Below, piece after piece: positions 26,841 through 37,423 of a DNA stretch of 64,000 nt (position 1 is the first letter of the stretch; each line of letters opens with the position of its first letter). The notes under the pieces are model-generated. The model was not told where the DNA came from, ran no database searches, and saw only the letters and a list, made by a program, of their open reading frames with translations. This stretch comes from Clostridium thermobutyricum. GTDB taxonomy: Bacteria; Bacillota; Clostridia; Ch29. The position numbers and the translations under genes were made by a program. The DNA lies in the NCBI GenBank assembly GCA_016841565.1, contig JAENYX010000010.1:13998-77997 (forward strand), in the 5' to 3' direction.

Positions 26841-27935
26841 CTATTCCAGATCATATATATTAAGCTTTTTGTCTCCCAGCCTGGATGCATCAACCCTGTC
26901 TTCCATATCCCGTGGGACAGTAACCGTATTGGGATTCCCATCGCTGATATATCTGTCATGGGGATTATCATCAAAGTGTTCAATCCAATCATACATACCG
27001 GTACTTATTGTGGGATCGTCGGTAGCTCTTATTCTGGGTGTCCTTTGCGGGTTAAACTTCCCATCCACCGGAGAAGGCGCCGGGTTGGAACCCACTAACA
27101 GAACCACATCGTTTTGGTACTTAACCCCTTCATATACACCTTCATATACATACTCCCTGTACTGCTCCTTCGAATTTGCACCATAGGGCAACGCCAGAGT
27201 ATTCACTTTGTAATCAGGCAGGTATTTTCCCGTCTCGGCCGCCATTTTCCCCAATTGGAACTGAACGCCGTCGGCATCAAGAGTTCCAAGATTTGCATGC
27301 CCGTAAGTATGGTTGCCTATATCCATACCCTTTTCCACCAGGTACTTAAACTTATATTCCACCAGCTCTTTCTGCCGGAAGGGAATGGGATAATAAACAA
27401 AGAAAGTAGCTTCAAGGCCAAAATCCGGATGTTTCTGGTGAAAATTCTCCAGTATCCCCACCGCGCTCTTTGGATCTACTTCAAGCCTGCCGTCCTTTTC
27501 AATGATATTGAACTGTCCCTGGGTCCCGTCGTCAAAGGTAAGCACCACCGGGGTGTATCCGGCTTCAACATTAATGTTGTTGGAAACATAATCGCCCAGG
27601 CTTACAAGGCGATAGCCCTTATCGTACAGCACTTCCAGGTCCTTCTCAAAATTATCCCACCGTCGGGACCATTGGCCTTCGCTGTCTCCAATCACATGAT
27701 ACATAAGTATCATTATCTTCCCGGCTTCATTGGGTTTTACGGCCTGCAGGTCAATCTCCTCCTGCTGATCATTCCCCTGGGGCTGCTGTTCTTCATTGCC
27801 CGGCGTGCCGGACTGCGGAACATCTTCGCCGGTACCCGGCGTCGGGGTATCCACCGGCTGGGGAGGAGCAGTGCAGGCTGCTGCAATAAGTAATAACGAC
27901 AAAATAATTAGTATTACTGTTGTAGATTTAATCAT
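26841..27935 (-). CDS. Polysaccharide deacetylase family lipoprotein
   Basis: Lipobox-like AAAC, P/Q/E-rich linker, ILMYH, LTFDDG, GNHTYGH and ALPYG motifs. Confidence 0.85.
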   Translation of the reverse strand: MIKSTTVILIILSLLLIAAACTAPPQPVDTPTPGTGEDVPQSGTPGNEEQQPQGNDQQEEIDLQAVKPNEAGKIMILMYHVIGDSEGQWSRRWDNFEKDLEVLYDKGYRLVSLGDYVSNNINVEAGYTPVVLTFDDGTQGQFNIIEKDGRLEVDPKSAVGILENFHQKHPDFGLEATFFVYYPIPFRQKELVEYKFKYLVEKGMDIGNHTYGHANLGTLDADGVQFQLGKMAAETGKYLPDYKVNTLALPYGANSKEQYREYVYEGVYEGVKYQNDVVLLVGSNPAPSPVDGKFNPQRTPRIRATDDPTISTGMYDWIEHFDDNPHDRYISDGNPNTVTVPRDMEDRVDASRLGDKKLNIYDLE

Positions 27936-28030
27936 TCAATCACTCCAGGATATATAGTCTATTGCCTATTAAGATTATACATTACAGCCGTTTCAATAGC
28001 CATCTGTAAATAATGGTCAATCTGTACAAC

Positions 28031-28055
28031 AGACACAAGAACCGTCCCCGTGCCT
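28031..28055. repeat. REP-like short palindromic element, copy 1
   Basis: AGACAC-AAGAACCGTCCCC-GTGCCT; loop shared with the copies at 47371 and 48837. Confidence 0.6.
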
Positions 28056-28060
28056 GTCCC

Positions 28061-28756
28061 CTATTTGCTGCCAAAGGGGCAGACCCTCATACATATTCCA
28101 CATACCGAACCCCTTCCAATATGCCTGTAGCTGTCGTGCATATGAACACTGCAGGCATGGGCGTCCACCATCTGTTCCCTTTGCATACCGGCTTCCCAGT
28201 TGACTCCATGCAGCGCCATGGCTGGACAGCTTGTTACGCATAATTTACAATTACCGCAGCTGCCCTCTGTTACCGGCTGGCCATAGGGCAGCTCCATATC
28301 GGTCAGGACAGTGCCCATCCGTATCCTTGGGCCGTATTCGGGGGTAACAAGAAGACCGCTTTTCCCGATCCAGCCCAGCCCTGCCCGGGTGGCAGCCGTC
28401 TTATGCTGAAAAACGGATGAATATTTTTCCTGTTCTGTGGCAACCGTCTGGGACGCAGGCACCGCAAAGGCTTTTTGCCCCCATTCCTGCAAAAGCAAAA
28501 CGCAGCGCAGCGTAATCTGGTCAATAAGGAAATTCACCGAGCGATAATGATGGAAATAGGTATGGGTAGGCCGGCCGGATATTTCATCAACGATGAAATC
28601 GGATAATCTGACCATCACCGTTATTGCACTTTTTAAGGTTTTTTTGCTGTCGGGCAGAAGGTCTCCCACGTAGGAAAACCCGGTTTTACTGGCTCCCAGG
28701 CCAATTAAAAATTTTTCCAGTTCAGCAACCTTTTTATCCAATCTATCCACCTCCAT
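28061..28756 (-). CDS. Epoxyqueuosine-reductase-like 4Fe-4S protein
   Basis: AATRAGLGWIGKSGLLVTPEYGPRIR.G.VLT, CxxCxxCxxxCP and CxxCxxxCP motifs. Confidence 0.8.
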   Translation of the reverse strand: MEVDRLDKKVAELEKFLIGLGASKTGFSYVGDLLPDSKKTLKSAITVMVRLSDFIVDEISGRPTHTYFHHYRSVNFLIDQITLRCVLLLQEWGQKAFAVPASQTVATEQEKYSSVFQHKTAATRAGLGWIGKSGLLVTPEYGPRIRMGTVLTDMELPYGQPVTEGSCGNCKLCVTSCPAMALHGVNWEAGMQREQMVDAHACSVHMHDSYRHIGRGSVCGICMRVCPFGSK

Positions 28757-29004
28757 ACCAAAATTATATCACAGTAAAACATGGCTACCGAACAAGATAT
28801 GAAGGTTCACGCCCTGTTTAAAATTCCATAAAAATACATGGAATGATTGTGATGGTTTAACATTAAACTATAATTATATGCATGGCTTATAATATGTATT
28901 CATAAAACCATAAAAAACTAACATATTTTTTGCCCTTCGGGGTAAAATTAATTACACAATACTAATTTTATAAATTAAAAAATCGCTTAAAGGAGGTAAT
29001 TTAC

Positions 29005-29226
29005 ATGGCAGCAGGACAACAAACCCCGGGCAAAAAGCTTGTACAGAAAGCACATCCTGCCCTTGATAATATGAAATATGAAATAGCAAGCCAGTTTAAT
29101 CTTCCCGTACATCAGGGTTCTGAGGATTACTGGGGAGGCCTCTCTTCGCGGGACTGCGGCAGAGTAGGCGGTGAAATGGTAAAGAGAATGATAACCATGG
29201 CCGAAAACCAATTGTCAGGTCAATAA
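29005..29226 (+). CDS. Alpha/beta-type small acid-soluble spore protein
   Basis: ALDNMKYEIASQFNL...SRDCGRVGGEMVKRMI.MAE; SD AAGGAGG. Confidence 0.92.
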   Translation: MAAGQQTPGKKLVQKAHPALDNMKYEIASQFNLPVHQGSEDYWGGLSSRDCGRVGGEMVKRMITMAENQLSGQ

Positions 29227-29235
29227 TATATCCTT

Positions 29236-29268
29236 AAAAGAGAAGCTCCGGACAGGACTTCTCTTTTT
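29236..29268 (+). terminator. Terminator of the SASP gene
   Basis: AAAAGAGAAG...CTTCTCTTTTT. Confidence 0.75.
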
Positions 29269-29310
29269 AATTGGCAGGCGTTGTAGTATAATGTCCTGGG
29301 AGGCGATTAT

Positions 29311-29850
29311 ATGGTCTACAGAGGTACCGAGGAGCTTGCCGAAAATAAGCTTATTCTCCTTTTTCTATTATCAGAGATTAAGTCACCGCTGACCAAGAAT
29401 CAGATTACACAGATTGTCATGGAAAACAGCCTGATGAACTATTTTTCCATGCAGCATTTCCTCAGCCAACTGGTAGATAAAGGCTTGGTTAAACATTATC
29501 AAGACATGGGGAAGCACCTTTATCTCATACAGGATCAGGGGCTGGATGTGCTGAAGCTCTTCTCTGCCAGAATCCCAGCCAAACTGAAAGAAGATTTGCT
29601 GGAATACTTTTCGGAAAAAGGACTGCTGTTTAAGAAGGAGCCCAATGCTCAAAGCAGTTATGTTATGGAAGACCAGGATACATATACGGTATGTTTGAGG
29701 CTTGCGAAAAAACGCAGTACGGTTCTGGACGCCAGGATCAAGGCTTCCTCGGAAGAGGATGCAAGGAAAATCTGCCAGAACTGGAATGCCAATGCCGAGA
29801 CCCTTTATGAGGATATTGTAAAGATTTTAATGGAGGGCCCGAAGGATTAG
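29311..29850 (+). CDS. DUF4364 family winged-helix protein
   Basis: ELAENKLILL, MNYF..Q..L..LV..GLV and A..IC.NW motifs. Confidence 0.8.
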   Translation: MVYRGTEELAENKLILLFLLSEIKSPLTKNQITQIVMENSLMNYFSMQHFLSQLVDKGLVKHYQDMGKHLYLIQDQGLDVLKLFSARIPAKLKEDLLEYFSEKGLLFKKEPNAQSSYVMEDQDTYTVCLRLAKKRSTVLDARIKASSEEDARKICQNWNANAETLYEDIVKILMEGPKD

Positions 29851-30803
29851 CCCATGGCCAGAACAGATGCAGGCTCAACTCCGGTTGATACGGTTCTTGT
29901 CACCAATCCTGTATTCAAGTCTACCTTATACAGGCAATTATCTATCATGCATACAACGTGCAGGTACTCCCCATTGCTTCCCAGAGATTGGCTTACAGGC
30001 ATCCTTCCCAGTTCTACTATCCTTTGGACAGCAAAACTGTCACTGTCTATTATAGTCAGCCGGTTGTCTACGGCGTCCACCGTATATATTCTTCCCATAC
30101 TTTCATGATATAACAAATTAACAGGCATGGTCCCAAGTTTTACATATTTGCACCTTTTACCCGAGTGAATATTATATTCCATCAGGCAATTATTTTCCTG
30201 TCTTTCATGGGATTGAACTATAATATACAGCCTTTGCCCCGCATTGTCACAGCACATATCCACCGGGTAACCGCCCACCCTCAGACAATCCAACTTATCC
30301 ATTGACAGGGCATCAATGACCGAGATATACTCACTTCCCGTATTTACTATATAAAGACGCTTATTCCTCTGGTCAAGCACCATTGACTGAGGCATTATCC
30401 CACATGGTATCTGGCCTATTATCTCCTGAATCTGCAAATCAATAACCGATACGCTGTCGGAATCGTAATTGGTGACGTATGCCCTGTTCTTGTATTCAAG
30501 AACCTTTATTTGATTGGGATGGCTGCCTGCAAAAATAGTGTTTATAACCTCCCGGGAGTTCAGATCGATTATGGAAAGGCTGTCATCGTATATATTGACC
30601 ACCAGAAGCTGGTTTTCGTCCGGCCGGTGGTACAAATATCCGGGACCAACCATGGGCCCTCTTGCAAAGTGATTTACATTAATCAGCTTGGTGCCTGCAG
30701 GCATTAGCAGTACCCTGAATACTTCCCGGTACGTTTCATTCTCATATGCAGTTATACTGTCATCTCCCATATTTGCCACAAGTACAATGCCTCTATCCTT
30801 CAT
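29847..30803 (-). CDS. YncE family beta-propeller protein
   Basis: Repeated YV.N..SD.(V/I)SVID....G..P blades; ATG 30803. Confidence 0.8.
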   Translation of the reverse strand: MKDRGIVLVANMGDDSITAYENETYREVFRVLLMPAGTKLINVNHFARGPMVGPGYLYHRPDENQLLVVNIYDDSLSIIDLNSREVINTIFAGSHPNQIKVLEYKNRAYVTNYDSDSVSVIDLQIQEIIGQIPCGIMPQSMVLDQRNKRLYIVNTGSEYISVIDALSMDKLDCLRVGGYPVDMCCDNAGQRLYIIVQSHERQENNCLMEYNIHSGKRCKYVKLGTMPVNLLYHESMGRIYTVDAVDNRLTIIDSDSFAVQRIVELGRMPVSQSLGSNGEYLHVVCMIDNCLYKVDLNTGLVTRTVSTGVEPASVLAMG

Positions 30804-30830
30804 TCCCACACCCCCAAAATATCTATAATC

Positions 30831-30860
30831 ATACTATGCGGAAGGCTTTGCATAGGTGTA
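30831..30860 (-). promoter_or_regulatory. Possible sigma-K-type promoter of the YncE-like gene
   Basis: Minus strand TACACC-16 bp-CATAGTAT, resembling the AC-N16-CATA...T mother-cell consensus. Confidence 0.4.
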
Positions 30861-30881
30861 ATAATTGGAACCCGTAAAGTT

Positions 30882-31008
30882 AAAAGCCCCCCGAATACTC
30901 GGAGGGCCTTTATATAAACAGCCGGCTTCAGACTCAGGTCGGATTTCCCCAATATTGCCTGAAACCGTACCGTCGGACCTTTTTCTAAATATAAGTATAT
31001 TTCTTATT
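30882..31008 (-). ncRNA. Candidate structured small RNA or riboswitch-like element with predicted pseudoknot and its own terminator
   Basis: TATAAT at 31015-31020; pairings AGGUC/GACCU and GGUUUCAGGC/GUCUGAAGCC; terminator AAAGGCCCUCCGA-GUAU-UCGGGGGGCUUUU at 30882-30911; no ORF. Confidence 0.55.
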
Positions 31009-31101
31009 AATTACATTATAACCACAGTTTGTTTTTCTAAACAACTACTTTAAGTTTTTTACTAAACAAAGCCGCCGCAGGTCACCGGGCAGCAACTGAT
31101 A

Positions 31102-31743
31102 CTACCTGCCCTTACTGTGTCTTGAGTCCAGTTCCCGGTAAACTTCCTTGTATTCTATCCCTTTTTGCAGCATCAGAACGGTTATATGGTATAAAAGGTC
31201 GGCTATCTCATATATGGTTTCCTGCTTTCCGGGGTTTTTGGCCCCTATAATTACCTCGGCCGCCTCCTCCCCGATTTTCTTCAATATTTTATCCATCCCC
31301 GTATCCAACAGATAGTTGGTATACGATCCCTCCCTGGGGTTTTTGCTCCTGTCTTCCACAATCCTGTACAGAGAATCCAATACATCTCTGTCCATTGGTA
31401 CCGTGCTGCACTGTGCTCCGCTGATATCCCTGTAAAAGCAGGACTTGCTGCCGGTATGACAAGCCGCACCCTGCTGGTCCACCAAAAGCAGCAGGGCATC
31501 CATGTCACAGTCAACGCTTATCTTTCCCACCCTCTGCACATTGCCCGAGGTCTCTCCTTTGTTCCACAGCCTCTGCCGGCTGCGGCTGTAAAACCAGGTG
31601 GTTCCTGTTTCCAATGTCCTTTCCAGAGCCTCATTATTCATATAGGCCATCATAAGAACCTGGCCGGTATGCATGTCCTGGACAATAGCCGGAATTAGTC
31701 CCATATGGTCAAATTTTAATCCTTTCACAACCGATTGTATCAT
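31102..31743 (-). CDS. hisIE: Bifunctional phosphoribosyl-AMP cyclohydrolase / phosphoribosyl-ATP pyrophosphatase
   Basis: [15 protein letters not shown] and ACHTG motifs; SYT..L...KKIGEEA.E. Confidence 0.96.
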   Translation of the reverse strand: MIQSVVKGLKFDHMGLIPAIVQDMHTGQVLMMAYMNNEALERTLETGTTWFYSRSRQRLWNKGETSGNVQRVGKISVDCDMDALLLLVDQQGAACHTGSKSCFYRDISGAQCSTVPMDRDVLDSLYRIVEDRSKNPREGSYTNYLLDTGMDKILKKIGEEAAEVIIGAKNPGKQETIYEIADLLYHITVLMLQKGIEYKEVYRELDSRHSKGR

Positions 31744-32498
31744 TTTCTGACCGGCACGCCCCTTCCGTCAAGATATTCCTTTAACTCCGATACCGTAAGC
31801 TGCTTATAATGAAACAAAGATGCCGCAAGCACTGCATCTGCTTCCCCCCGGGTCAGGGCCATAAAGAAATCCTCTTTTTTACCCGCTCCACCCGAAGCAA
31901 TAACCGGTATGTTCACCTGTCCTGCCACACTGCGGGTAAGCTCTAAATCATATCCGTCCTTTGTTCCGTCCCTGTCCATGCTCGTAAGCAGTATTTCCCC
32001 GGCTCCAAGAGCCTCTGCCTCGCTCACCCAATCCAATACATCCTTACCGGTGTTTATCCTGCCTCCGTTAATGTACACATCCCATCCACCCGATTGCCTG
32101 GAGCGGGCGTCCACCGCCACAACAATGCACTGGCTGCCGAATTTTCTGGCGGCCTGGGTTATCAACCGGGGGTTCCTGACGGCTGCCGAGTTCAAAGATA
32201 CTTTATCGGCCCCACTCATCAGAATGTCACGTATGTCCTCAAGACACCTTATTCCGCCTCCCACCGTCAGGGGGATAAACACCTGCCGGGCAGTCCTTTC
32301 AACCACCTGGGTCATAATATTCCTTCCCTCGGAGGAGGCAGTTATATCAAGAAATACCAGCTCATCAGCCCCGCTTTTGTTGTAGTAGGCGGCTATTTCC
32401 ACAGGGTCTCCGGCATCCCTGAGGTTGACAAAATTAACTCCCTTTACCACCCGTCCCTTATTAACGTCAAGGCAGGGTATAATCCTTTTTGTAAGCAT
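31740..32498 (-). CDS. hisF: Imidazole glycerol phosphate synthase subunit HisF
   Basis: [18 protein letters not shown] and LTSMDRDGT motifs. Confidence 0.97.
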   Translation of the reverse strand: MLTKRIIPCLDVNKGRVVKGVNFVNLRDAGDPVEIAAYYNKSGADELVFLDITASSEGRNIMTQVVERTARQVFIPLTVGGGIRCLEDIRDILMSGADKVSLNSAAVRNPRLITQAARKFGSQCIVVAVDARSRQSGGWDVYINGGRINTGKDVLDWVSEAEALGAGEILLTSMDRDGTKDGYDLELTRSVAGQVNIPVIASGGAGKKEDFFMALTRGEADAVLAASLFHYKQLTVSELKEYLDGRGVPVRK

Positions 32499-33220
32499 CA
32501 GCCTTCCTCCTTAAGTACTTCCAGGGCTTCATTTAAGTCAATACGGCCAGAATACAGGGCTTTACCGACAACGGCACCGGCTGCCCCCATTTGCCTTAAT
32601 CTGATTATATGGTCCAATTGACTGATACCCCCCGAGGCTATCACTTCCAGCGAAGTGTTCTCAAGCATTTGACCTATGCTTGAAAAGTTAGGTCCGGTGA
32701 GCATACCGTCCCGCCATATATCGGTAAGTATTATTGTCTCCACTCCCAGCCCTTCCATCTGCTGTGCAAATGTCAGCGCGTTTATATTGCTTGTCTGCTG
32801 CCAGCCCTCCACCGCCACCAGTCCGTCCCGGGCATCTATACCCACCACTATTCTGGAAGGGTACTTTTTTACAGCCTGTTGTAACAAATCCCGGTCCTTA
32901 AGCGCAGCGGTTGAAAGTATTACTCTGTGTACTCCTGAACTTAACAGGTTTTCTATTGTATAAAGATCCCGTATGCCTCCGCCAAGTTGAACCGGGATTT
33001 TGACACTCTTAATAATCTCCTCTACCTCTCTTATGTTTGAAAGCCTGCCTTTAATTGCCCCGTTCAGGTCCACCACGTGAAGATGGGTTGCCCCCATACT
33101 CTCCCATTTAACGGCAGCTTTGACCGGAATCTGGCTGTATACGGTGGCTTTGCTCATATCACCCTGCTTCAGCCTTACACATTTACCATCCTTTATATCT
33201 ATGGCAGGATATATAATCAT
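32498..33220 (-). CDS. hisA: ProFAR isomerase HisA
   Basis: [23 protein letters not shown] and TDI.RDGML.G motifs. Confidence 0.97.
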   Translation of the reverse strand: MIIYPAIDIKDGKCVRLKQGDMSKATVYSQIPVKAAVKWESMGATHLHVVDLNGAIKGRLSNIREVEEIIKSVKIPVQLGGGIRDLYTIENLLSSGVHRVILSTAALKDRDLLQQAVKKYPSRIVVGIDARDGLVAVEGWQQTSNINALTFAQQMEGLGVETIILTDIWRDGMLTGPNFSSIGQMLENTSLEVIASGGISQLDHIIRLRQMGAAGAVVGKALYSGRIDLNEALEVLKEEG

Positions 33221-33822
33221 TAAATCATCTCCCCAAAGCTTTTATATATCTGCAGCCCGTTGTCCCCGCTTTTTTCGGGGTGAAACTGCACGGCAAAAAC
33301 CCTGCCCCCGTATACAACAGCCGGCACCTTCACTCCATAATCACAGACAGCGCATACCGTATGCTCCCGGACCACTTTGGCATAGTAGGAATGCACAAAA
33401 TACATATAGCTTCCCTCCCGGGTGCCGTCAAGTATGGGGCACCGGCGTACCATATCAAGGGAGTTCCATCCCATATGGGGTATTTTCACATGACCCGGAA
33501 GCCTTTGTATTTCCCCGCTTAGTATTCCCAACCCTGCCCTTGTTTCAACCTCGGTACTCCTGTCAAACAGCAGTTGCATGCCAAGACATATGCCAAGCAG
33601 AGGTCTCTCCCTATTAACTGTTTCCCGGATTGCCGCAGCCAGACCTTTTTGCTCAAGAGCATCCATGGCATCCGGAAATGCTCCCACTCCGGGGAGTATC
33701 ACCTTATGGGCAGATATAACCAGCTCGGGTTTATCGGTAATTACCGCCTGGAAGCCCTGGGACTCCACAGCCCTCTTAACACTCGTCAGATTTCCCATTC
33801 CGTAATCAATTATGGCTATCAA
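33220..33822 (-). CDS. hisH: Imidazole glycerol phosphate synthase subunit HisH
   Basis: IIDYGMGN, GICLGMQ and QFHPEKS motifs; start set at TTG 33822. Confidence 0.96.
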   Translation of the reverse strand: MIAIIDYGMGNLTSVKRAVESQGFQAVITDKPELVISAHKVILPGVGAFPDAMDALEQKGLAAAIRETVNRERPLLGICLGMQLLFDRSTEVETRAGLGILSGEIQRLPGHVKIPHMGWNSLDMVRRCPILDGTREGSYMYFVHSYYAKVVREHTVCAVCDYGVKVPAVVYGGRVFAVQFHPEKSGDNGLQIYKSFGEMI

Positions 33823-33835
33823 ACAGTCATCCCCT

Positions 33836-34420
33836 TTACAAAACACCCTTTGTGGACAATACCCCTTGAATCCTTCTGTCTACTGAGGTTGCCTGGTCCA
33901 GAGCCCTTCCCAGGCCTTTGAACAGGCTCTCTGCAATATGATGGTTGTTGCTTCCATAAAGCAGACTTATGTGCAGCGTCAGCCCCCCATGCACCGAAAC
34001 AGCCCTCATGAATTCTTTAATAAGCTCCAGCTCAAAATCCCCTGTCCTTTGACCGGTAAATTTGACATCATAGTGCAAATAGGGTCTTCCGCTTATATCC
34101 ACCGCCACCCTGGACAAGCTTTCATCCATGGGGGTAAACACGGCGGAATACCTTGTAATTCCCTTTTTGTCCTCCAGTGCCGTCAGGAGGGCTTGTCCCA
34201 GGACAATGCCGGTATCTTCAACGGTATGGTGAAAATCCACCCGGGTATCCCCCCTTGCATAAACCTGCAAATCAATAAATCCATGACGGCAGAGCAACTC
34301 CAGCATATGGTCGAAAAAACCAATGCCGGTGTCTATCTTGGCCTCACCGCTCCCGTCAAGGTTCAACATCACCCGAACCTGAGACTCTGATGTCTTTCTT
34401 TCAATTTGGGCCTTCCTCAT
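33836..34420 (-). CDS. hisB: Imidazoleglycerol-phosphate dehydratase
   Basis: FFDHML, HHTVED and NNHH..ES.FK motifs; start ATG 34420 overlaps the hisC stop (ATGA). Confidence 0.96.
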   Translation of the reverse strand: MRKAQIERKTSESQVRVMLNLDGSGEAKIDTGIGFFDHMLELLCRHGFIDLQVYARGDTRVDFHHTVEDTGIVLGQALLTALEDKKGITRYSAVFTPMDESLSRVAVDISGRPYLHYDVKFTGQRTGDFELELIKEFMRAVSVHGGLTLHISLLYGSNNHHIAESLFKGLGRALDQATSVDRRIQGVLSTKGVL

Positions 34421-35484
34421 GAATACACCTCCCTGATACACTCTTTTAGCTCCCTGATAAAGACCCTGTTTTGCCCGGGAGGGCAGACTGTAACCCTGAG
34501 ACAATCCTCCAGTACCCCCCGGCCAAACTTTCTGGTCAGTATTCCCCTTTCCAGCAGCTTGCTCCATACCCGGTGTGCTTCCTTCATCCTCAGAAGAACA
34601 AAATTTCCCTGGGTAGGAAATACCGTAATGACTTCTATGCAGCTTAAGCTGTTTATAAAATCCTCCCTTGCCTTAATAAATGTATCAAGCCATTTGTCAA
34701 TGCTTTCCCGGTTTTCTAGAACTATGCAGGCCGCATTTTGAGAAAAGGAACCCACATTATAGGGTACCTTGACCCTGCTTAAATACTCCATAATACGGTC
34801 GCCTGCCGCAAGGTAACCTACCCTTAACCCCCCTATGGCCATGGCCTTTGAAAGTGTCCTTAGAACTATAAGGTTGTCATACCTTTGTATCCAGTCAATT
34901 ACCGTACGGCCGTAAAACTCATAATAGGCTTCGTCCACCACAACAATACCCGGGCTTTCTTCAATCACCTCTTTAATCTGTCCGGGGGACAGTACTGTGC
35001 CGGTGGGGTTGTTGGGATTGCACAAAAAAACTATTTTTGCTTTTTCCCTTGATGCAGTCTCAGTTATCTGATGTATATCTATGTTGAAGCCGGCATGGGT
35101 ATCCAACTCCGCCACTACTCCCCCGGCAAGGCTTACAAAAAAACCATACATGGAAAAGGTAGGCTGGGGAATTACCGTCTTATCCCCGGGGCCGATAAAA
35201 ATATTAACCACATAATTGATAAGCTCATCCGAACCGTTACCCACCATCAGATTTTTGCCCGGCACCCGGGTATAGTCACAGAGAAGCTTCCTAAGCTTTG
35301 TACTGTCCGAATCGGGATACCTTTGAAAAGGAAAATCCTTCATGCCCCTGGCTATCGCGGCCCGTATATCCTCCGGGAGGCCCCACTCGTTTTCATTGGC
35401 ATCCATCTTTATTGTACAGGCCGGCCCTGACTCGGGATAGCTCTTTAACTCCACTACTTCCTTTCGTACAAGTTGGTCAATCAT
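34417..35484 (-). CDS. hisC: Histidinol-phosphate aminotransferase
   Basis: NGSDELI, CNPNNPTG, DEAYYEF and RTLSKA..(G)LRVGY motifs. Confidence 0.95.
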   Translation of the reverse strand: MIDQLVRKEVVELKSYPESGPACTIKMDANENEWGLPEDIRAAIARGMKDFPFQRYPDSDSTKLRKLLCDYTRVPGKNLMVGNGSDELINYVVNIFIGPGDKTVIPQPTFSMYGFFVSLAGGVVAELDTHAGFNIDIHQITETASREKAKIVFLCNPNNPTGTVLSPGQIKEVIEESPGIVVVDEAYYEFYGRTVIDWIQRYDNLIVLRTLSKAMAIGGLRVGYLAAGDRIMEYLSRVKVPYNVGSFSQNAACIVLENRESIDKWLDTFIKAREDFINSLSCIEVITVFPTQGNFVLLRMKEAHRVWSKLLERGILTRKFGRGVLEDCLRVTVCPPGQNRVFIRELKECIREVYS

Positions 35485-36769
35485 TTATGTCACACCTCAC
35501 CCGTACCGCCCGGCCGTGGGCCGTGAGACCTTCGGCATCCGACAGTACCGTAATATCCTCGGCTGCCTGCATTAGTGCATCATGGGAGTAATATATAAGA
35601 TTGGTTTTTTTCATAAACTGCTCCACGCCAAGGGGTGAGAAAAACCGGGCAGTGCCCCCTGTGGGAAGCACATGGTTGGGGCCGGCCAGATAATCTCCCA
35701 GTGGCTCGGGAGAATACCCCCCAAGAAAGACAGCACCGGCATGCCGTATATTCCCCAACAGCTCCATAGGCTCTCTTACCATAAGCTCCACGTGTTCGGG
35801 GGCCATACTGTTTGACAACCGGCAGGCCTCCTTCATATCCTCCACCAATATCAAGGCTCCATAATCCTCCATCGACTGCTGTGCCGTATCCTTTCTGGGC
35901 AGCTTTTCCAGCTGCCTGCCAATCTCAGCCTCAACACTTTTTAGCAGCTTCTCGCTGTCGGTGACCAAAATGCAGCATGCCATAGCATCGTGTTCTGCCT
36001 GGGACAGCATATCGGCTGCAACGAACACGGGGTTGGCGTCCGCATCGGCTATAATAAGCACTTCGCTGGGGCCTGCTATCATGTCAATACCTACGTCTCC
36101 ATAAACAAGCTTCTTGGCCAGCGCCACATATATGTTGCCCGGCCCTACTATTTTATCCACCGCCGGTATGCTGGACGTCCCATAGGCAAGGGCGGCAATC
36201 CCCTGGGCTCCTCCCACCCTGTAAATTTCATCGACACCGGCCTGGTGGGCCGCAACCAGCACCTGGGGCGATATTCCTCTGCTTCCGGGAGGAGTTATCA
36301 TAACTATCCTGCCCACACCGGCGGCCTTGGCCGGCACTGCGTTCATTAAAACCGAAGACGGATAGGCGGCTGTGCCGCCGGGGACATATATCCCTACGCT
36401 GTCAATGGGGTTAACCATCTGTCCCAGAAGTACTCCGTCTTTCTTATCAAACCAGGACTTCTCCTTCTGCCTGCTGTGGAAATCAAAAATATTATCCCGG
36501 GCACTGCCCAAGGCCTTAAGAAAGTTGGCCTCTACCCTGTCATAGGCGTCCTCTATTTCCTGCCGGGTGACCCTGAACCGGCCGCATTCCAGCTTTACCC
36601 GGTCGTACATATAAGTAAAGTCGGCAATGGCTCTGTCTCCCTCCGCCCTGACCCGGCCAATAATATCTCTTACCCTTTCCAGATACTCGCCCGATATAAT
36701 ATGGTTTCTGTTGTTAACAAGTTGATCCAGGCTCTCGGTATAGCTTCCGTCCAATCCTATTATCTTCAT
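35477..36769 (-). CDS. hisD: Histidinol dehydrogenase
   Basis: YVPGG.A.YPSS, GPGNIYV, IDMIAGPSE and GPNHVLPT motifs. Confidence 0.97.
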   Translation of the reverse strand: MKIIGLDGSYTESLDQLVNNRNHIISGEYLERVRDIIGRVRAEGDRAIADFTYMYDRVKLECGRFRVTRQEIEDAYDRVEANFLKALGSARDNIFDFHSRQKEKSWFDKKDGVLLGQMVNPIDSVGIYVPGGTAAYPSSVLMNAVPAKAAGVGRIVMITPPGSRGISPQVLVAAHQAGVDEIYRVGGAQGIAALAYGTSSIPAVDKIVGPGNIYVALAKKLVYGDVGIDMIAGPSEVLIIADADANPVFVAADMLSQAEHDAMACCILVTDSEKLLKSVEAEIGRQLEKLPRKDTAQQSMEDYGALILVEDMKEACRLSNSMAPEHVELMVREPMELLGNIRHAGAVFLGGYSPEPLGDYLAGPNHVLPTGGTARFFSPLGVEQFMKKTNLIYYSHDALMQAAEDITVLSDAEGLTAHGRAVRVRCDIND

Positions 36770-36771
36770 GC

Positions 36772-37413
36772 TCACACAGCCTTTCTCAAAGCTCTTCTCA
36801 GTGCTTTCAGCACCTGGGTTATCCTGTCGTTTTCCATCTTGAGACTCACCTTATTTACCACCAGCCGTGCGCTTATGGGACATATTTCATCCAGTATAAC
36901 AAGCCCGTTTTCTTCAAGAGTCCGCCCCGTCTCCACAAGGTCAACTATTACATGGGCCAATCCCACAAGAGGCGCCAGCTCCACCGACCCGTCCAGCATT
37001 ACCACCTGTATGCTTTCCCGCCTGCCCCTGAAATAGTTTTGGGCGGTAACCGGGTATTTGGTAGCTACCACCTTAACCGGTCTGTTCAAGCTATCTCCTG
37101 CATTGTCAATGCCGGCCACCACCATCCTGCATTTTCCTATCCCCAGATCCAGTACCTCATAAAGGTCGGGCTGCTGCTCCAACAGTGTGTCTTTACCCAC
37201 CACCCCCATATCAACAGCACCCTTCTCTACGTATTTTGCCACATCCTTGGGCTTTACCAGTATGAACTCCACCATACTGGACGGGTCTCTTACAATCAGC
37301 TTTCTGGTCTCTTCCCTTAGCATGCTGCAGTCTACTCCAATGCCTTCAAACAGCTCCATTGCCTGTAATGCTATCCTGCCTTTTGCCAGGGCAATTCTTA
37401 GATATCTGTCCAT
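36772..37413 (-). CDS. hisG: ATP phosphoribosyltransferase, short form
   Basis: IALAKGR, ATKYP, GSVELAP and DLVETG.TL..N motifs; lacks the C-terminal regulatory domain, consistent with hisZ. Confidence 0.96.
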   Translation of the reverse strand: MDRYLRIALAKGRIALQAMELFEGIGVDCSMLREETRKLIVRDPSSMVEFILVKPKDVAKYVEKGAVDMGVVGKDTLLEQQPDLYEVLDLGIGKCRMVVAGIDNAGDSLNRPVKVVATKYPVTAQNYFRGRRESIQVVMLDGSVELAPLVGLAHVIVDLVETGRTLEENGLVILDEICPISARLVVNKVSLKMENDRITQVLKALRRALRKAV

Positions 37414-37423
37414 TTTTATCCCC

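Noticed and set aside
34421-34567. Apparent N-terminal extension of HisB; similar extensions on the desulfidase, activator, coat protein and glutaredoxin
   Set aside because: Artefacts of longest-ORF start choice; downstream starts have proper SDs and match family lengths.
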